From an uncultured Gemmatimonadales bacterium (GTDB taxonomy: Bacteria; Gemmatimonadota; Gemmatimonadetes; Longimicrobiales; RSA9), in the NCBI GenBank assembly GCA_963741945.1, contig CAVUKA010000001.1, forward strand, positions 1,216,001 to 1,280,000: a stretch of 64,000 nucleotides of DNA, read 5' to 3'. Shown piece by piece: positions 26,989 to 38,828 of the stretch. A program made the position numbers and the translations under genes. A model generated the notes under the pieces. That model was not told the origin of the DNA, did no database searches, and was given only the letters and a program-made list of their open reading frames with translations. Numbering within the stretch: position 1 is the first letter of the stretch; every line of letters starts with the position of its first letter.

Positions 26989-27312
26989 TCAGTACGCCGA
27001 GTGCTTGAGGATGGCGACACCACGCTCCCAGTCGATGGAGAAGTCGTCGTATCCCACGGCAATGTACCGACGGCGCAATTCGGGGAGGACACCGCCCTCG
27101 TCCAGGAGCCGTTTCAGCATTTCGGGCGGGCGATTCAGGTTGACGATGGACAGCCGCTTCCGGTTGTCCGCCTCCCGGCGCTCGAACGCGCCCGACTCGA
27201 TGGCCTCGTCGATCTGGCGCTCGAGTCCCTCCACCAGGTCACGACGGGGCGTGATCACGTCCTTGGCGTCCTCGTCGAACCACCGGTTTGCCTTCAACGG
27301 TCGAACTGCCAT
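26989..27312 (-). CDS. Hypothetical protein (107 aa)
   Basis: RBS GAGGGGAGG before ATG 27312; GC3-rich codons; protein-like composition (MAVRPLKANRWFDED...). Confidence 0.6.
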   Translation of the reverse strand: MAVRPLKANRWFDEDAKDVITPRRDLVEGLERQIDEAIESGAFERREADNRKRLSIVNLNRPPEMLKRLLDEGGVLPELRRRYIAVGYDDFSIDWERGVAILKHSAY

Positions 27313-27490
27313 TCCGTCCTCCCCTCTTCTCCACCGCCCGGCTCCCGGGCGTCCGGCCCTGCAGGCCGCGCGCCGCGGCGCGCCTGCGTGGCGACGCCCC
27401 GGCTTGGATGATGCGCATGATGATATCATCGGCGGCCACTGTCACGCGGTTTCGGGGCCGCCCCACGCGAATACCATCAGGAGCCATACC

Positions 27491-28411
<921 letters not shown>

Positions 28412-28433
28412 CAGCCGGCGGGCCCCGGGGCCG

Positions 28434-28893
28434 CTACTGCTCTTCCAGCACCACCCGCATCGTCACCGCGTCCGGGCGGCCGTTCCCGTCCACGTCGAAC
28501 ACGCCGTCGACGCCGTCGAAAATCACGCGATCTCCTGCTTCCAGGTAGGGGAACGAGCGCGCGAGCTCGAAGGGGTGGTCCGAGAACGGGTCGTCGCTGA
28601 AGGAGATGCGACCCGGGACCGATCTGGTAGCGACCGGAATTCGCGACGTGGAGGTCGTTGAAGTCCAGCGTGGACTCGAACGTCGAGTCCGCCCTGTCCA
28701 GGCTCAGCTCGAACTCCGCCCCCTGCACCACGAGGTCCAGCGTATCCGCGGCCGGTCCCTGCTGGACTTCCATCGAGACCGCGCGAAGCGTGAGCGGCTG
28801 CTGGACGGCGATGACCCGCGTCGGACCGTTCTCTCCGCACGCGGACAGCGCCACGGTCACCGCGACCGCCAGAATCGGTGTCGACTTCCTCAT
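28434..28893 (-). pseudogene. Hypothetical lipoprotein interrupted by a frameshift near 28612
   Basis: MRKSTPILAVAVTVALSAC...GRYQIGP; GC3-rich coding continues in another frame as GRISFSDDPF...DVDGNGRPDAVTMRVVLEEQ to TAG 28434. Confidence 0.6.
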
Positions 28894-29002
28894 TCCTGCC
28901 TCCTGGGTGCCTTGCGCACCTTTCGGGGAAGGCATGCTTCGTGCCGACGGCCCGATTTTGGGGCCCCTTGAGTCCGCGGCGTTCCCGCGACATCGTGGAC
29001 CC

Positions 29003-29377
29003 ATGAGCGCGCCACCACCATCCCCGCGAATCGCTGCCGACGGCTGGGGCCGCCTCGAGCTGGAGGACGGCCGCACGTTCAAGGACGCCAAGCTGTGGCC
29101 GGGCGGCGCGCGCGCATGGGACTGGAGGGAGTCGGGGACGGGTCACCGGGAGGGAATCCTGCCCGCGGACGTGGAGGAGATCCTGGAGCACGGGGCCGAC
29201 GTGGTGGTCCTGTCGAGGGGGCGTCTGCGGGCGCTGTCGGTGGCGGAGGGGACGCTGGCGCTGCTCGAGGCCCGGGGCGTCGAGGCCGTGGTGCTCCCGA
29301 CGGCCGCCGCCATCGAGCGCTACAACGAGCTGCGAAAGCACCGCCCCGTGGGGGCGCTCATCCATTCCACCTGCTGA
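29003..29377 (+). CDS. Mth938-like (DUF498/AAMDC-type) protein
   Basis: GWG.LE, FKDAKLWPGGARAWDW, VVLSRG, T.AAIERYNEL, C-terminal GALIHSTC. Confidence 0.88.
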   Translation: MSAPPPSPRIAADGWGRLELEDGRTFKDAKLWPGGARAWDWRESGTGHREGILPADVEEILEHGADVVVLSRGRLRALSVAEGTLALLEARGVEAVVLPTAAAIERYNELRKHRPVGALIHSTC

Positions 29378-30317
29378 GCCGCGGCAGCACCACCGCCGGG
29401 CCGCGCGGCTCGAACCGCAGTCGCACGGGAGGCGCCATGGAGCGCGGCTCCCCGTCCAGCGTGAGCGGGAGCGGATCCGCGGAGTCCAGCTCCACCCACG
29501 GCGTGTTCCACGACTCCGTCCCCATCGCCCCCGCCAGCGGATCACGGCCGCGACGATGACGCAGCAGCGACCGGATGAGCATCAACGCACCGCGCCTGGC
29601 GCCGCGCAGCACCACCACGTGCAGCGAGTCGTCGGAGCGGGCCGGTCCTCCATCATGCGGCGCCGGGAACGAGTCGCGCCCCACGCCGACCCACACCAGG
29701 CCACTCCCGATCTCCATCTCCCGCCCGGGTGTCCGCACCGTGAGCGGGACGCGCGGCGGCCGGGGAAAGAGGAGGCCGAGGGCCAGCGCAGCGGCGGGCC
29801 ACGTGGTGAGGAACGGCCGCATCCGCTCCCGGATCCGCACCACGCGGGCATACGGCCCCGCGATGGCCGTATTCAGGAACACGTCCCCGGCCGCGAGGCC
29901 CACCGGCATCCCGGTCACCCGCCCCTCGCGGAGCGCCCTCACCACCTCGAGCGGCGTGGCCATCCCGAGTCTCGCCGCGAAGTGGTTGAGACGGCCGGTC
30001 GGGAGCGGGAGCAGGGCCGAGCCCGTACCCAGAAGCGCCGCAGCGGCCGCGCGCTGCGTGCCGTCGCCGCCCGCCACCCCCACGATCGCCACCCCACGCA
30101 GCCGCAACGCGCTCGCCAGTCGCCCCGCTTCCGCCAGCCGCGCCACCCGCGCCACCCGCTCCGCCACACCGGTGGGAGGCACCGGCTCCACGATCGACCG
30201 CTGCCCCAGCGCCGCCAGGATTCGTCCAAGCTCGGCCGGATCCCGGATTCCGCCGGCGCGCGGGTTCATCACCACCCGCACCGCCCGCCCGGCCACGGCA
30301 CCGTCCGCGGCCATCAC
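29358..30317 (-). CDS. Diacylglycerol/lipid kinase family protein
   Basis: VVMNPRAG, AGGDGT, LPTGRLNHFA, FLN, LDGE. Confidence 0.85.
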   Translation of the reverse strand: MMAADGAVAGRAVRVVMNPRAGGIRDPAELGRILAALGQRSIVEPVPPTGVAERVARVARLAEAGRLASALRLRGVAIVGVAGGDGTQRAAAAALLGTGSALLPLPTGRLNHFAARLGMATPLEVVRALREGRVTGMPVGLAAGDVFLNTAIAGPYARVVRIRERMRPFLTTWPAAALALGLLFPRPPRVPLTVRTPGREMEIGSGLVWVGVGRDSFPAPHDGGPARSDDSLHVVVLRGARRGALMLIRSLLRHRRGRDPLAGAMGTESWNTPWVELDSADPLPLTLDGEPRSMAPPVRLRFEPRGPAVVLPRLSRWNG

Positions 30318-30988
30318 CGCCCTGCGTCGATCTTCTCGTACAACGCGTTCACGCTCACCCGGCGACCCTCGTCCAGCTGCACACGCACGGTCTCGCTCGG
30401 CGTCAGCGGCAGCAGACCCCTCGCCGCCATCGCGCGGTCCAGCTCGGCCGCCGACAGCAGCACGCCCCGCCCGCCCGGCATCCCCTCGTACACGCCCGGC
30501 TGGCCTTCCACCGGCCGCACGCCCCGCCCGGTCAGGTCCACTTCGGGGGTGAACTGGTTGAACAGCACCAGCCCGCCAGGGGCCACGACCCGCCCCAGCT
30601 CATCCACCGCCCGCTCCCACTCCTCCCGCGTGGTGGCGCTGTGGTGCACGCCCAGCGCCACCACCAGGTCGAAGCTCCCATCCGCATACGCGGACAGCTC
30701 GTCCATGCGACCCCGGCGCACCCGGCGCTCGACTTCCTCCTTCCCCATGATCTCCGCCAGACGGCTCCGCGTCCGCTCGACCATCGCCCGCGACGCGTCC
30801 AGGGCCTGCACCCGGAACCCGCGGCGGGCCAGCAACTCCGTGTTCCGCCCGCCCGCGCACCCCAGGTCCAGCACCCGCGTACTCGCGGGATCCGGGTACT
30901 CCGCCACCAGCGCCAGCAGGCGGTGGTCCGGGTCCCGCTCCGCGAAACGCTCTACCCGCTCCGGATCTTCCCAGAAATCGTCGTTCAT
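30314..30988 (-). CDS. Class I SAM-dependent methyltransferase
   Basis: VLDLGCAGGRN, ALDAS, SFDLVV, RVVAPGG; ATG 30988. Confidence 0.88.
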   Translation of the reverse strand: MNDDFWEDPERVERFAERDPDHRLLALVAEYPDPASTRVLDLGCAGGRNTELLARRGFRVQALDASRAMVERTRSRLAEIMGKEEVERRVRRGRMDELSAYADGSFDLVVALGVHHSATTREEWERAVDELGRVVAPGGLVLFNQFTPEVDLTGRGVRPVEGQPGVYEGMPGGRGVLLSAAELDRAMAARGLLPLTPSETVRVQLDEGRRVSVNALYEKIDAGR

Positions 30989-31038
30989 ACCGGCAACAAT
31001 GCAAATGGCGCTCACCCTCGCCAGTGCGCCCGCCAGAG

Positions 31039-31083
31039 TGGTGCCAGCGCTTCCGCTCACATGGTGCCAGCGCTTCCGCCCAC
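31039..31083. repeat. 22-bp direct repeat, two copies (period 23)
   Basis: TGGTGCCAGCGCTTCCGCTCAC (31039-31060) and TGGTGCCAGCGCTTCCGCCCAC (31062-31083). Confidence 0.85.
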
Positions 31084-31146
31084 GGGCACCGGGGCGCACC
31101 GGCCGCCCCGTACAGTTCATGGGGGTTGTCCCGTGCGGGCGTCCGG

Positions 31147-31168
31147 TTTATCTTTGTTTCGAGATAAA
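31147..31168. promoter_or_regulatory. Palindromic MarR (MhqR-like) operator, copy 1
   Basis: TTTATCT-TTGTTTCG-AGATAAA just upstream of the MarR gene RBS. Confidence 0.7.
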
Positions 31169-31185
31169 TGCGGAAAGGAGTGTCC

Positions 31186-31704
31186 ATGGACGATCGTGAG
31201 GCCGCACTCCGGCTCTGGATCATCCTGAGCCGGGCCCAGGCCAGCGTGGCCGCGCATGCGGAAGCGGACGTGGCGCGTCATGGTCTCTCCCTGGCGGATT
31301 TCGCGGCGCTGGAAGCGCTGTACCACAAGGGGCCGCTCCTGGTGGGCGAGCTCCAGCGCGCGGTTCTGAAGTCGAGCGGGGGGATGACGTACGTTCTGGA
31401 TCGCCTGGAGCGGAAGGGGCTGGTGCGGAGACGGCCGTGCCCCGACGATCGGCGTGCCGTGTACGCGGAGCTCTCCGCCGACGGAGAGGCGCTTCTGGAT
31501 CGCATCTTCCCGGAGCACGCCGGAGCGCTCACCGCCGCCCAGGAGGCGCTCAGCGCCGCCGAGAAGGAGAGAGCGGCCGAGCTGCTGAAGCGCCTCGGGC
31601 TCGGCGCGGCCCGACAGCGTCTCCCGGGCCGCGAGGGCACGGCTGCGGAAGGGGCCGCGGGGGAGCGAGCGGACGCCGCCGTCGCCCGCTCCTCGCCGTT
31701 GTAG
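31186..31704 (+). CDS. MarR-family transcriptional regulator (MhqR-like)
   Basis: LWIILSRA, GLSLADFAALEALYHKGPL, KSSGGMTYVLDRLERKGLV, DRR; RBS AAGGAG. Confidence 0.92.
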   Translation: MDDREAALRLWIILSRAQASVAAHAEADVARHGLSLADFAALEALYHKGPLLVGELQRAVLKSSGGMTYVLDRLERKGLVRRRPCPDDRRAVYAELSADGEALLDRIFPEHAGALTAAQEALSAAEKERAAELLKRLGLGAARQRLPGREGTAAEGAAGERADAAVARSSPL

Positions 31705-31726
31705 CGCGGCATTTTTCGTGCATGTG

Positions 31727-31744
31727 TATCTTTGAACAGAGATT
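31727..31744. promoter_or_regulatory. Palindromic MarR operator, copy 2
   Basis: TATCT-TTGAACAG-AGATT upstream of the YceI gene, with the same TATCT-N8-AGAT geometry as copy 1. Confidence 0.65.
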
Positions 31745-31771
31745 CTTTGACCAATGACAAGAGAGGACGCC

Positions 31772-32332
31772 ATGCAGGACTCACAGACGACGACTGGAAC
31801 CAGCACCTGGGCCATCGATCCCGCACACTCGCAGGTCGAGTTCACGGTGAAGCACATGATGATCACGAAGGTCCGGGGCCGCTTCGCGGGAGTGAAGGGT
31901 GAAGTGCACCTGGACGAGGACGATCCGTCGAACAGCCGCGTGGACGTGGAGATCGACGCAGCCAGCGTCGACACGCGGGCGGAGGACCGCGACACGCACC
32001 TGCGATCCGAGGACTTCCTGGACGTGGAGGAGTACCCGAAGCTGCGCTTCGTGAGCAAGCGTGTAGACGGGGCGGCGCTGGAGCCGGGGACGGAGTTCGA
32101 GATTGTGGGCGACCTGACGATCCGTGGTGTGACGCGTGAAGTGACGCTGGATGCGGTATTCGGCGGCACGAACATGGATCCCTGGGGCGGTGAGCGGGCG
32201 GCGTTCAGTGCGGAGACCACCATCGACCGACGTGATTTCGGGCTGCAGTGGAACCAGGCGCTGGAGACGGGGGGCGTTCTGGTGGGCAACCGGGTGAAGA
32301 TCGATATCGAGGCGCAGACGGTGAAGCAGTAG
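31772..32332 (+). CDS. YceI-family polyisoprenoid-binding protein
   Basis: WAIDPAHSQVEF.VKHMM, RDTHLRS.DF, GDLTIRGVT, DPWG, IDRRDFG; RBS GAGG before ATG 31772. Confidence 0.95.
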   Translation: MQDSQTTTGTSTWAIDPAHSQVEFTVKHMMITKVRGRFAGVKGEVHLDEDDPSNSRVDVEIDAASVDTRAEDRDTHLRSEDFLDVEEYPKLRFVSKRVDGAALEPGTEFEIVGDLTIRGVTREVTLDAVFGGTNMDPWGGERAAFSAETTIDRRDFGLQWNQALETGGVLVGNRVKIDIEAQTVKQ

Positions 32333-32368
32333 GCGTGCGGGCGGCGATCCCGAACGCCGGTCGGAGGC

Positions 32369-32404
32369 CGCGATGGCGCTCGGGGTCCGAGCGCCATCGC
32401 GTTT
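32369..32404. terminator. Hairpin between the convergent YceI and DUF1906 genes
   Basis: CGCGATGGCGCTCGG-GGT-CCGAGCGCCATCGCG followed by TTT. Confidence 0.7.
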
Positions 32405-33216
32405 CAGCCGCCTGCCGCGGATGGAGTGCTCGACGTCGCAACGTTGACGTCGATGGGAAGTTCGACTCCGCCCCAGGACTCCCGGACGTCGAGCTGGCCC
32501 TGCCAGACGCGCGCATCCGGGAACCCCGATTCGGCGGGCCCGCGTCGGAGGTGGAAGCCATTCGTGGCCACCACCCAGAGGCTCGGCTCACCAGGCCGCC
32601 CCGCTTCGCCGAATGCGCCCTCCACGGCGTCGAGGAGTCTCGGGGCGTTGCCCGCGTGGGCGTACAGGCCGGGAACGTATCGGCCACCCTGCAGGAGAGC
32701 CTCTGACCAGGCCCGCACGTACGCCGTGAGCGGAGCCGCCACACTGTCCACGCGCTCCACATCGAGGTAGATGATGGTGCCTTCGGGGAAGCCTTCGGCC
32801 TGCGCCGCGCGCGTTGCTGCCACGGCGTCGACACGTCCTTTCTCCGGCGTGAGGTTGCCGCGCGTGCACGCGGGGGCCGCCGCTTCGCTGTCGGGTGCCG
32901 GGCCGACGTGCTCGGGCCAGTCCTGCTCCCCAACGAAGATCACGGCGATGCCCCACCGCATGGCTTCCAGGGCGGGGCGCTTCCCCTGCCAGGTCGTGCC
33001 CGTGTAGCACGGCGCGGGGAGGTAGAATCCGACCCACCTGTACGGGGATTGGTCGCGCCAGCGCGCGAGGGCGGCGTCGCCGGGATACACGCGGGTATCG
33101 AAGCCCGGGACGCCGCTGGCGGGCCGGGGCATGGGTCCGGCCCGCGGCGGCGTGGTACCACCGGCGCAGGCGGAAGTGGCCAGGAGGAGCGCGGCCGCGG
33201 ACGCGGATCGGATCAT
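32404..33216 (-). CDS. DUF1906 (Rv2525c-like glycoside hydrolase fold) lipoprotein
   Basis: Lipobox-like TSAC; GFDT..YP, VGFYL, IFVGEQ, IIYLDVE, PGLY, LWV, VWQG, IDVN. Confidence 0.75.
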   Translation of the reverse strand: MIRSASAAALLLATSACAGGTTPPRAGPMPRPASGVPGFDTRVYPGDAALARWRDQSPYRWVGFYLPAPCYTGTTWQGKRPALEAMRWGIAVIFVGEQDWPEHVGPAPDSEAAAPACTRGNLTPEKGRVDAVAATRAAQAEGFPEGTIIYLDVERVDSVAAPLTAYVRAWSEALLQGGRYVPGLYAHAGNAPRLLDAVEGAFGEAGRPGEPSLWVVATNGFHLRRGPAESGFPDARVWQGQLDVRESWGGVELPIDVNVATSSTPSAAGG

Positions 33217-33466
33217 GTTGGCGGAATCGGTTCGAGTTCGGAGCATTGGCAATGCGGGGCGCGCGGGTTCTGCCTGCGGGCCGCGCCCGCGCGGCTTCGG
33301 CAGGGCGGCGATGCAGGAACGGCGCCGGCGGGAAGGCCAGGATCGCGGAGGCCTAGCCCCGTCCCCCGTGAAGGCGGTCCCCACCGCCTTTCCGGTCATG
33401 CGTTCGCCTCTCGCGGAACCGCCGCCGGGGTGCCACGTTACCTCCGTGCCGGCGCGCGACCCCGTT

Positions 33467-34176
33467 GTGACCGTCTTCTTCTACTCGGCCGTGGCATCGC
33501 TCACGGCCATGGTGGGCGTACTGCCACAGCTCGTGGGGGGCCGTCCCCGTGAAGCCATCATCGGCTGGGCCAACGCCGTGGCCGCCGGTCTCATGTTCGG
33601 CGTCGCCTACATGCTCCTGACCGCCGGACTGAAAACGGATCTGGCCCCCGGCGCGCTGGGGGCGCTGGTGGGCATCGGGTTCGTGCGGGTGACGCACGCC
33701 CTGACGGGCACGGCCGAGCTCGACCGCGTGCAGGAAGACAGCGTCGAGCACGGCTACAAGGTCATTCTTGCCGACACGCTCCACGCGGCGCACGAGGGGA
33801 TCGCCATCGGTGTGGCGATGCTGGTCTCCATTCCCCTCGGGATCTCGATGGCGCTGGCGCTGGCCGTGCACAACATTCCGGAAGCGATGGTGCTGAACTC
33901 GGTTCTCACGCGGCAGCGCCTCTCGGCGGGCCAGTCCCTGGGGCTCGCCCTGGCGACGAACGGGAACCAGGTGCTGATGGCGGTGGTCACCTTCTCCATG
34001 ATCTCGGCCATCCCGGCTCTCCTTCCCCTGGCGACGGGGTTTGCCGTCGGCGCCCTCTTCCAGCTGGTGCTCGTCGAGCTCCTGCCGGAGTCGTATCGGC
34101 AGGCGGGAAGCACCAGCATCGCACTGGTGGCCATGGTCGCCCTCGGACTCGTGGTCCTGCTCGGCGGGCGGACCCC

Positions 34177-34180
<4 letters not shown>
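33467..34180 (+). CDS. ZIP-family metal transporter (variant TM4)
   Basis: AVAAGLM, TLHAAHEGIAIG, AVHNIPEA, GFAVGAL, VELLPE; start uncertain (GTG 33467). Confidence 0.8.
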
Positions 34181-36103
<1,923 letters not shown>

Positions 36104-36136
36104 GCCGTCTGCGGGGCGGCACCGCCGGCTCCGGCC

Positions 36137-37198
36137 TCAGCCTTTGACGCCGCCCATGACCGGGAGAACCGCGCCGGTGATGTAGCCGGCGGTGATGGGC
36201 GAAGCGAGGAAGACGTAGGCGGGCGCGAGCTCCTCCGGCTGCGCCGGCCGGTTCATGGCTGTGCTCGTGCCGAACTCCGGAACGGCCTCCGCCGACCGGT
36301 CGGCCGGGTTCAAGGGAGTCCAGACGGGGCCCGGGGCGATGGCGTTCACCCGGATGCCGCGGTCGGCCACGTTCTGCGCCAGGGCGCGGGTGAAGGCATG
36401 GATCGCCCCCTTGGTGGCGGAGTAGTCGAGCAGCATCGGCTGGCCGAAGAGCCCGGTCTCGGACCCCGTGTTCACGATCGCACTTCCTTCCCCGAGGTGC
36501 GGAAGCGCGGCACGGGCCATCGCCATGTAGCCCAGGATGTTGGTCTCCAGCGTCATCCGGATGTGATCGTCCGTGAGGTCCTCCAGCGATTTCGCGTGCT
36601 CCTGGAACGCGGCGTTGTTCACCAGCACGTCCAGCTGTCCAAGCTCCGCCACCGTCCGTTCCACGGCGAACGCGCAGAACTCCGAGTCGCGCACGTCGCC
36701 GGAAAGCGTGATGCAGCGACTTCCTTCCGCCTCCACCGCGGCGCGCGTGGTTTCCGCGTCCTGGTGCTCGCTCAGGTACACCACGGCGACGTCCGCGCCT
36801 TCGCGGGCGAACAGCACGGCCACCGAGCGGCCGATCCCGCTGTCGGCGCCCGTGATCAGCGCCACGCGCCCTTCCAGCTTTCCGGATCCCCGGTACTCCG
36901 GCGACGCGAACCGCGGCGCGGGATCGAGGGGCGCTTCCCGCCCGGGTTTCGCCTGGTGCTGCTCGGGCAGCGGTGATTCCGGCTGCCGTCGCGCGCTCGC
37001 CTGGACGGCCTCGGAGCCCTCCCCACCCGCGCCCTCGTCCTCACCAATGTCGCGGGCGGCCTCCCGCCGCTCCACCTCGGACTGGATCCCCCGCTGCGCT
37101 TCCGCCGTCCGCTCCGCGGCCTCGCGGAAGCGATCCTTCCGGCCGCCCCACTTCCTCCGCTCCGTACCCGCGCTCTCACTCCTGCGATCGCTCGGCAT
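36137..37198 (-). CDS. SDR oxidoreductase (YdaD/YghA general-stress type)
   Basis: QAKPG.E, YRGSGKLEG, ITGADSGIG, VNNAAFQ, DYSATKGA, NAIAPGPVWTP, RPAQPEE; RBS GGAGG before ATG 37198. Confidence 0.93.
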   Translation of the reverse strand: MPSDRRSESAGTERRKWGGRKDRFREAAERTAEAQRGIQSEVERREAARDIGEDEGAGGEGSEAVQASARRQPESPLPEQHQAKPGREAPLDPAPRFASPEYRGSGKLEGRVALITGADSGIGRSVAVLFAREGADVAVVYLSEHQDAETTRAAVEAEGSRCITLSGDVRDSEFCAFAVERTVAELGQLDVLVNNAAFQEHAKSLEDLTDDHIRMTLETNILGYMAMARAALPHLGEGSAIVNTGSETGLFGQPMLLDYSATKGAIHAFTRALAQNVADRGIRVNAIAPGPVWTPLNPADRSAEAVPEFGTSTAMNRPAQPEELAPAYVFLASPITAGYITGAVLPVMGGVKG

Positions 37199-37400
37199 CG
37201 CCCCCTCCTGTTCGATGGATCCTCCCACCCATCCCAACGCAACAGGCGAGCCGGACCGGCGAGCGCGCGACCGGCCGGAAGGTGGGGCATCGGCGTCCGA
37301 TTTGCATGTCCTGGGGGAAGGCCGCCGCGTGCGGGCGCGCGTGGTTGGCGCACCGGACCCTGCGAGGACCGGACCCTTCGAACGCAGCGCGGGAGGAGCC

Positions 37401-38084
37401 ATGGCACGGTTGGACCACGAACCGGAAGACACGGGCGGGATCGGGATCGGCTGGATCTGGGGCGTGGTGGCCACGATCGCGGTGGTGCTGGTGGTCTGGT
37501 GGGCATGGCCGGGGATGCCGCCGAACCACGAGGTCGCGCGCGTGTCCGACATCCAGCCGGTGGAGCCTGCCGCCACGCAGGCGCCGGGGCCCGCGGCAGC
37601 GGGCAGGGGCGCCCCGTCGTCCGACACCGCTCCGGCCCCGGGCGCAGCGGCGGCCGACGGCCAGGAGGGGCGTGGGTCCGGCACCGCCGATGCGGCGGGC
37701 CCGACGGTCTCGTCGCCGGACCTCGCAGCGATCGTGGACAACCCGGACCAGTACGTCGGCCAGACATTCCAGGGGGACCGGATCCGGGTCTCGCAGGTCC
37801 CCGGCAGCCGCAGCTTCTGGATCGCGGCTCCCGGCGGACGGAACCTGTTCGCCGTGATTGAGGAGCGGACCGCGGAAGAGCTGCCACGGATCGCTCCGGG
37901 CGCCATCATCGGGATCCGGCGCGCGACGCTGCGGCACGCCGATTACCTGTCGCAGATGCCGCCGGGCTCCCTGGACGACGCCACCCGCTACATCGCGGAG
38001 CACCGGGACGTCTTCCTGGTGGTGGATGCCGGCGCCATCACCGTGGAGCAGCCGGGGACCCCGTCGCCCGCGACGGGCGGCTGA
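37401..38084 (+). CDS. Hypothetical single-TM protein with low-complexity linker and C-terminal globular domain
   Basis: RBS GGAGGAG; TM WIWGVVATIAVVLVVWWAW; C-terminal NPDQYVGQ...VPGSRSFWI. Confidence 0.65.
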   Translation: MARLDHEPEDTGGIGIGWIWGVVATIAVVLVVWWAWPGMPPNHEVARVSDIQPVEPAATQAPGPAAAGRGAPSSDTAPAPGAAAADGQEGRGSGTADAAGPTVSSPDLAAIVDNPDQYVGQTFQGDRIRVSQVPGSRSFWIAAPGGRNLFAVIEERTAEELPRIAPGAIIGIRRATLRHADYLSQMPPGSLDDATRYIAEHRDVFLVVDAGAITVEQPGTPSPATGG

Positions 38085-38134
38085 CGCGAGTCCCGGCGCG
38101 CGGCCTTCCAGCGCGCGCGCGGCGCAGGCAGCGG

Positions 38135-38190
38135 GTCCTCGTCAGGGCCCGCCGCGTCCTCGCCAGGGCGCAGGGCGTCCTCGTCAGCGC
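38135..38190. repeat. Three 14-bp repeats at 21-bp period
   Basis: GTCCTCGTCAGGGC (38135), GTCCTCGCCAGGGC (38156), GTCCTCGTCAGCGC (38177). Confidence 0.75.
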
Positions 38191-38202
38191 GTCCTGGTCC
38201 GG

Positions 38203-38427
38203 CTAGGTCGTGCCTCCGGCGGGGGCCTGGCCGCGCAGCACCTGCCGGCACTCGTTCTCTTCCCGCTCGAGCTCCTCGAGCAGGCAGTTGACCGTGTGCG
38301 TGACCAGCTCCTCCACCGGGACGCCCCGGCGCTGCGCCTCCGCCTGGTAGGCGCGGTAGTGCTCGCTGGTGACCCGGGCCACCACGGGGACTTCCACCGT
38401 GTCGCTCACGTCCACAATGTTGCTCAC
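38203..38427 (-). CDS. Small hypothetical protein, possible ribbon-helix-helix fold
   Basis: GTGA-coupled to the DUF35 gene with upstream GGAGG; VPVVARVT (strand), EHYRAYQAEAQRRG (helix), VEELVTHTVNCLL (helix). Confidence 0.6.
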   Translation of the reverse strand: MSNIVDVSDTVEVPVVARVTSEHYRAYQAEAQRRGVPVEELVTHTVNCLLEELEREENECRQVLRGQAPAGGTT

Positions 38428-38825
38428 GCTTCACCTCCAGCTGGCACGGCCTTGTGGCCGTAACACAGGATACCGCCGCGCCCTTCGGCCCTGACCCGGC
38501 GGAACTCCAGCGTGGTCTCCATTCCTGGGAGGACCTCTTCCGGCACGCAGTCCACCACCTGCGCCATCAGGCGAGCGCCTTCGGGCGTCTCGATGATGGC
38601 CATGGCGTACGGCGCTTCGGGAGTCAGCTCGTCGGGCGCCACGTGGATGACGGTGGACGTGACCACGCGCCCGCGCGGTGACAGCCGCACATCCTCGAGC
38701 GCGCTGGCCCTGCACGCCGGGCAGACCCGCCGCTTCGGGTAGATCACCTTCCCGCACTCCGTGCAGCGGCTCCCCTCGAGCCGGTAGCGGGCCGGGATCT
38801 CTCGCCAGTATCTGGGACTCGGCAT
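38424..38825 (-). CDS. DUF35 Zn-ribbon/OB-fold protein
   Basis: RYWRE...YRLEGSRCTECG..IYP.R.VCPAC, then OB fold (PYAMAII, YGHK). Confidence 0.92.
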   Translation of the reverse strand: MPSPRYWREIPARYRLEGSRCTECGKVIYPKRRVCPACRASALEDVRLSPRGRVVTSTVIHVAPDELTPEAPYAMAIIETPEGARLMAQVVDCVPEEVLPGMETTLEFRRVRAEGRGGILCYGHKAVPAGGEA

Positions 38826-38828
38826 GGG

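Noticed and set aside
20770-27000. Genomic island integrated at tRNA-Pro
   Set aside because: No integrase follows the tRNA, and I saw no duplicate of its 3' end in the window.
38135-38190. Hammerhead ribozyme (CTGACGA on the minus strand)
   Set aside because: No stem II followed by GAAA, and no matching stems I and III.
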